This document shows positions 59,425 through 64,000 of a stretch of DNA of 64,000 bases, piece by piece (the first letter of the stretch is position 1; each line of letters opens with the position of its first letter). The translations under genes and the position numbers were made by a program. The notes under the pieces were generated by a model. That model was given only the letters and a program-made list of their open reading frames with translations. It searched no databases and was not told where the DNA came from. The DNA is from Octopus vulgaris (Eukaryota): positions 131,688,001-131,752,000 of the forward strand of contig OX597817.1 of the NCBI GenBank assembly GCA_951406725.2. The letters are read 5' to 3'.

Positions 59425-59601
59425 ACGTATAAATGTATACACACACACACTGTACGCATATGCATAAACAAACACATATGTATATTATACATAGATACCC
59501 ACATATAGTTACACGCATATTTATACAAGGATAAACACATACACACACATACACAGATATATATATATATTTTTTATATATATATGTGTGTGTATACATA
59601 C

Positions 59602-59659
<58 letters not shown>

Positions 59660-59834
59660 GTATGTATACACACACACACACATATATATATAAAAATATA
59701 TATATATATCTGTGTATTGTATGTGTTTATCCTTGTATAAATATGCGTGTAACTATATGTGGGTATCTATGTATAATATACATATGTGTTTGTTTATGCA
59801 TATGCGTACAGTGTGTGTGTATACATTTATACGT
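59425..59834. repeat. ~410 bp palindrome centred on an (AT)n tract
   Basis: Unique core (e.g. ATAGATACCCACATATAGTTACACGC) is mirrored. The arms differ mainly in microsatellite length. Confidence 0.92.
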
Positions 59835-59874
59835 TCTGTTACTTAAATATATATATAGGTAGATAGATAAGCAT

Positions 59875-60083
59875 CAGGTTGGTGAATATTTCCTGGCCTT
59901 AAGGATATCGAGAAAGGACCCGCTGGAGGCCCAACCAAGCAACTTCTTTTACGGGGAAAAACTAAAGGATCGCGAAAATAAGTGAGTGTATCTGAGAGGG
60001 AGATATGTTTAATAAAATCATAATTAACTGATCCCCCTCTATTTCTTTTTACCAACAGGCTGGAAATTTCCACCACGTCCTCG
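59875..60083 (+). mobile_element. decayed mariner-derived MITE
   Basis: KLKDRENK*VYLRGRYV* resembles a mariner C-terminus. Imperfect TIRs, ending CCTCG. Confidence 0.55.
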
Positions 60084-60723
60084 TGTATCTATATTTCATA
60101 CATGGGGTCCTGGAATGCAACTGGGCACATCTTTAAAGATGTTTCTTGAACTACTTGCATGTTTTGGGTTTTTCAAAATTAGTCAGTCGCCCCTCGCTCC
60201 ATTCTCACCCGGGTGAACCAGCTGTAGTTGACCGAGCTCCAAGTTATACCTAGTTAACACTACCCTTGACACCACTGCCCCTTCTAGGGTTCACAGTTCC
60301 TGATCCATATCATATATCATATATACATACATGCACATATATATATATGCGTATCTGTGTGTGTTTGTGTGCGTATGTGTATGTATGCGTGTATGTATGC
60401 ATCCATATAGGGATGCGCGTGGTTCAGTGGTTATGTTGTTGTACACTATATTGTAAGCTCATTGTTTCGAATACTGTTCCGGCCAATTAGTTGTGTCTTT
60501 GAGCAAAACAATTAATTTCACAAAGCTCTAGCTCATCCGGCTGGCGAGAATGAGTAATCCTGCAAACACCTTGCAATCCGACCAAAGTGGTGGGCATATT
60601 TGCACCATAGAATCCAAGACATCGGCTTATGACTCGGAAAATATTTCGATCGACTTTTGATATATGTGTTTTTTGTGAGTATAAATAAGTAAATGAATAT
60701 ACATACATACATACATACATACA

Positions 60724-60784
<61 letters not shown>

Positions 60785-60994
60785 GTATATCTATCTATCT
60801 ATCTATCTATGTATATATATATATATTTTTATATATATATATTTATATATATAAACATATATACATATATATATATACATGTGTATAAATGCACTCCAGC
60901 AAACACACACACATACACGTACACACACTTGCACACACAAATGTACATGTGTGCATGTATATATTTTGTGATACAAAGAAAAGTATGGTATATA

Positions 60995-61548
60995 CGAGGC
61001 TGAGTCAAAAAGTAATGTCGTTTTGTTTAGGACAGGTATAATTACTAAGACAGGAAAATGTATTATACATCAAAATGAAGCTGGTCTTCTATGGATCACA
61101 TCCCTACTTCTTAACACAGTCATCGTTTCTCTCAACAGCAATGTTCCACCTTCGAACGAGAGCATGCATCCCTGTCCCGTAAAATTCTGTTCACTGTCCT
61201 TTGAGCCATTTCTTCACTACAGTTTCACTTCCTCATCACTGGTATAATTTAGCGCCTTCAGACTATCATCTCTTCAGCTCCATGAAAGTGGGTTTGAATA
61301 GGCAAACATTATTCCAGTGGCGAGGAAGTGAAAACTGTAGTGAAGAACAGTGAATAGAATTTTACGGGGCAGGGTTACATACTCTCATTCGGAGGTGGAA
61401 CATTGCTATTGTGAGAAATGGTGACTATGTTGAGAAGTAGGGATGTAATCCACGGAGGACCAGCTCCATTTTGAAGTATGACACATGTTTCTGTATTGGT
61501 AATTATACGTATCCTAAACAAAATGGCAATACTTTTGGACTCACCCTC

Positions 61549-61549
<1 letters not shown>
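60995..61549. mobile_element. mariner fold-back element made of two inverted 3' ends
   Basis: TA|CGAGGCTGAGTCAAAAAGTA ... TACTTTTGGACTCACCCTCG|TA. The ~250 bp imperfect arms each encode the transposase C-terminus. Confidence 0.85.
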
Positions 61550-61609
<60 letters not shown>

Positions 61610-62110
61610 CCAGCTTAAAAGCCGCCCGATAGAAGCAAGTGACCCTGATGGGAAAAATCTGGAAAAAGATCTCTGACTTTTGGAGAATTTTTCCAATTTC
61701 TTCCTCCGGGGTCATATCCCGATGATTATCCTATTCGTCGCAAAAAATCATGTAAAATCATCGCCGAAAACAATTGCGGATTCGACCAGGAATGTCTTTA
61801 ATTTGCTCACGGAGTTGGTCTTTAGATTATATAAATTGTTATTATACAAACAAATTTGTCGCAAAAAGTCACATAAAAGAATTGCCGAAAACAGTCACAG
61901 TAAGGAAGACTTGGGAATCACAAATTTCAGGATTGTGGGTCCGGATTCGGCCCGGAATATTCTTAATTTACTCACGGAGTCAGCTTGATTCTAAAATGGT
62001 ACGATATGTCGAGCTACGGCCACTAGGAGTAAAGTTCAAAAAGTGTAACACGCTGAGATACTGGCATTCACATTTATAATATTATATTATATCATATTAT
62101 TATATTATAT

Positions 62111-62325
62111 TAAGGCGACGAGCTGGCAGAATAGTTGACACGCCGGGCGAAATTTTTAGCGGTATTTCGTCTGCTGTTAGGTTTTAAGTTCGAATTCTGC
62201 CGTGGTCGACTTTGCCTTTCATCCTTTCGGGGTCAATAAAATTAGTACCCGTCATGTACTGCCATCGATGTAATCGACTTAATCCTTTCCCCCAAAATCT
62301 GAGGCGTTGGGCTTCCGGTAGAAAG
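62111..62325 (+). mobile_element. SINE family B
   Basis: TAAGGCGACGAGCTGGCAGA head and the central domain. Confidence 0.8.
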
Positions 62326-62339
62326 TATTTATTAAAGTT

Positions 62340-62419
62340 GTAAATGTGACACACTGACATTCGCATTTATTATATAAGATTTGTTTAATTTGGGGGTAAA
62401 ATTTATTTCAATTAAAGTG

Positions 62420-62463
<44 letters not shown>

Positions 62464-62930
62464 GTGTGTGTGTGTGTGCGCGCGTAGTGTGTGTGTGCAT
62501 GTATTAAAGAACGTAAAAAAAAAATGATAGTGGTTAGTATGTTGGCGACAGGAATTTCTGCCAAAGAGATATGGTTAAACAAAGTTGTAGATCGTCTCCC
62601 TCTTTCTCTCACATAACACCCTCTCTTTCTCTCTCTTTTATTATTACTCCCACTGCCACCATCAACACTACTACTTTTGATAAAACATCATCAACTCTCT
62701 CGAAATTTCTTTGTCACGCTCTCTCTCAGTTTCTTTTTCTTTTTTTTCTCTCTCTCTCTTTTTCTTTTTTTTCTCTCTCTCTGTGTCTTCGCCACCGCCC
62801 TCACCTGTACCTACTATTACTCTGACCCTATCATGAGGACCAGTAGGAGTGTTACTGAAGAGTGAGAGAGGGAGTCTAAGTGTGACACACTGACACACAG
62901 AAATTAGTTTGCGCATTTATTATATTAGAT
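62340..62930 (-). mobile_element. two Helitron-like 5' termini (about 62380 and 62930)
   Basis: Both read ATCT(A/T)ATATAATAAATGCG....TGTCAGTGTGTCACA on the minus strand. No 3' hairpin was identified. Confidence 0.4.
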
Positions 62931-63027
62931 ATAGCTAAAATTATAATGATTGAAGGGCTAAGAGCTTCGTAATGAGCAACTTTGTAACATCTAGTGATTA
63001 GTAACAATAGTAATAGTAATAACAACA

Positions 63028-63111
<84 letters not shown>

Positions 63112-63557
63112 ATACATACATACATACATACATACATACATACATACATACATACATACATAATGCACTGCGAACGCAATGGGATGTGAGTGCGTGTGTA
63201 AGCGCTTTATGGACGTGAAACCCCAGATTAATCCCAGGGTAAAGCCCATATATAAATATCAAAATTTCTGAGACCTGTTATGTGACTATCCTCTACCAAT
63301 CAAATCCTCTTCAAAGCATATACTAATTTGAGTCAGAACTCTCAATAAAAACAGGGCAAACTTCAAACACTAATCAGAAGCCAGACAGCTGCAACATAAG
63401 TCACGTCTTTCTATCTGAACCTTTCGAAAATCAGTGTGAACTGTGAAACCGGTTAAAGCTTCAAATATTTTAATAAAACAATATTTTACCTGTTCTCAGT
63501 GCATTTTTAACTTCTGTTTTTCCTATATTTCTACTCGTCTGGATTAAAATATATTTG

Positions 63558-63619
<62 letters not shown>

Positions 63620-64000
63620 ATGCATACGTATATATGTATATATATGTGTGTAAGTATATGCATGTGTATATATATATACATGCATTATATACCTATATGT
63701 GTATATATATATGCATATATTATATATATATATACATATATATATATATGCATATATTATAATATTATATATATATATATATATATGTATAGATATCAAT
63801 GTATACTTACACACATACATACATGTGTAAATATATGCACACATTCATACATACCTGCGCACTTTTGCACATGAATAATTGCTGGGGAAACAGGGTCTTC
63901 AAGAGAAGTTTTGCAATGTGGTCCGTTGTTGTTTCCTGTTCCCACCCGAGAAAGATGTCAGGCCTCTCCTCATACAGCTCAGAAAATCTCTGGCACTTGT

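Overview
AT-rich animal genomic DNA, saturated with microsatellites and transposable elements. The SINE, LINE and Penelope-like families and the (AT)n/(AC)n/(TAA)n density look like an octopus or other cephalopod genome (inference). No intact host protein-coding gene could be supported, and most short ORFs in the track are translated microsatellites. Recognisable content: decayed Tx1/L1-clade LINEs, many R4/Dong-clade (REL endonuclease) LINE pieces sitting in (TAA)n tracts, CR1-like LINEs, three Penelope-like GIY-YIG remnants, a Chapaev3-like transposase, mariner/Tc1 and Helitron derivatives, and at least three tRNA-derived SINE families. The notable signals are: (1) a roughly 370 bp element joining a Pol III tRNA head to a minimal hammerhead ribozyme, with one copy flanked by a 13 bp target duplication and one with an inverted 5' end; (2) several more minimal hammerheads in Penelope-pLTR-like repeats; (3) a SINE tail matching the 3' end of the Tx1 LINE; (4) several large fold-back palindromes; (5) one TE-free GC-rich island at 46.5-47.7 kb that may be a gene 5' region. 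All coordinates were read by eye, and element boundaries are approximate unless a junction is quoted.
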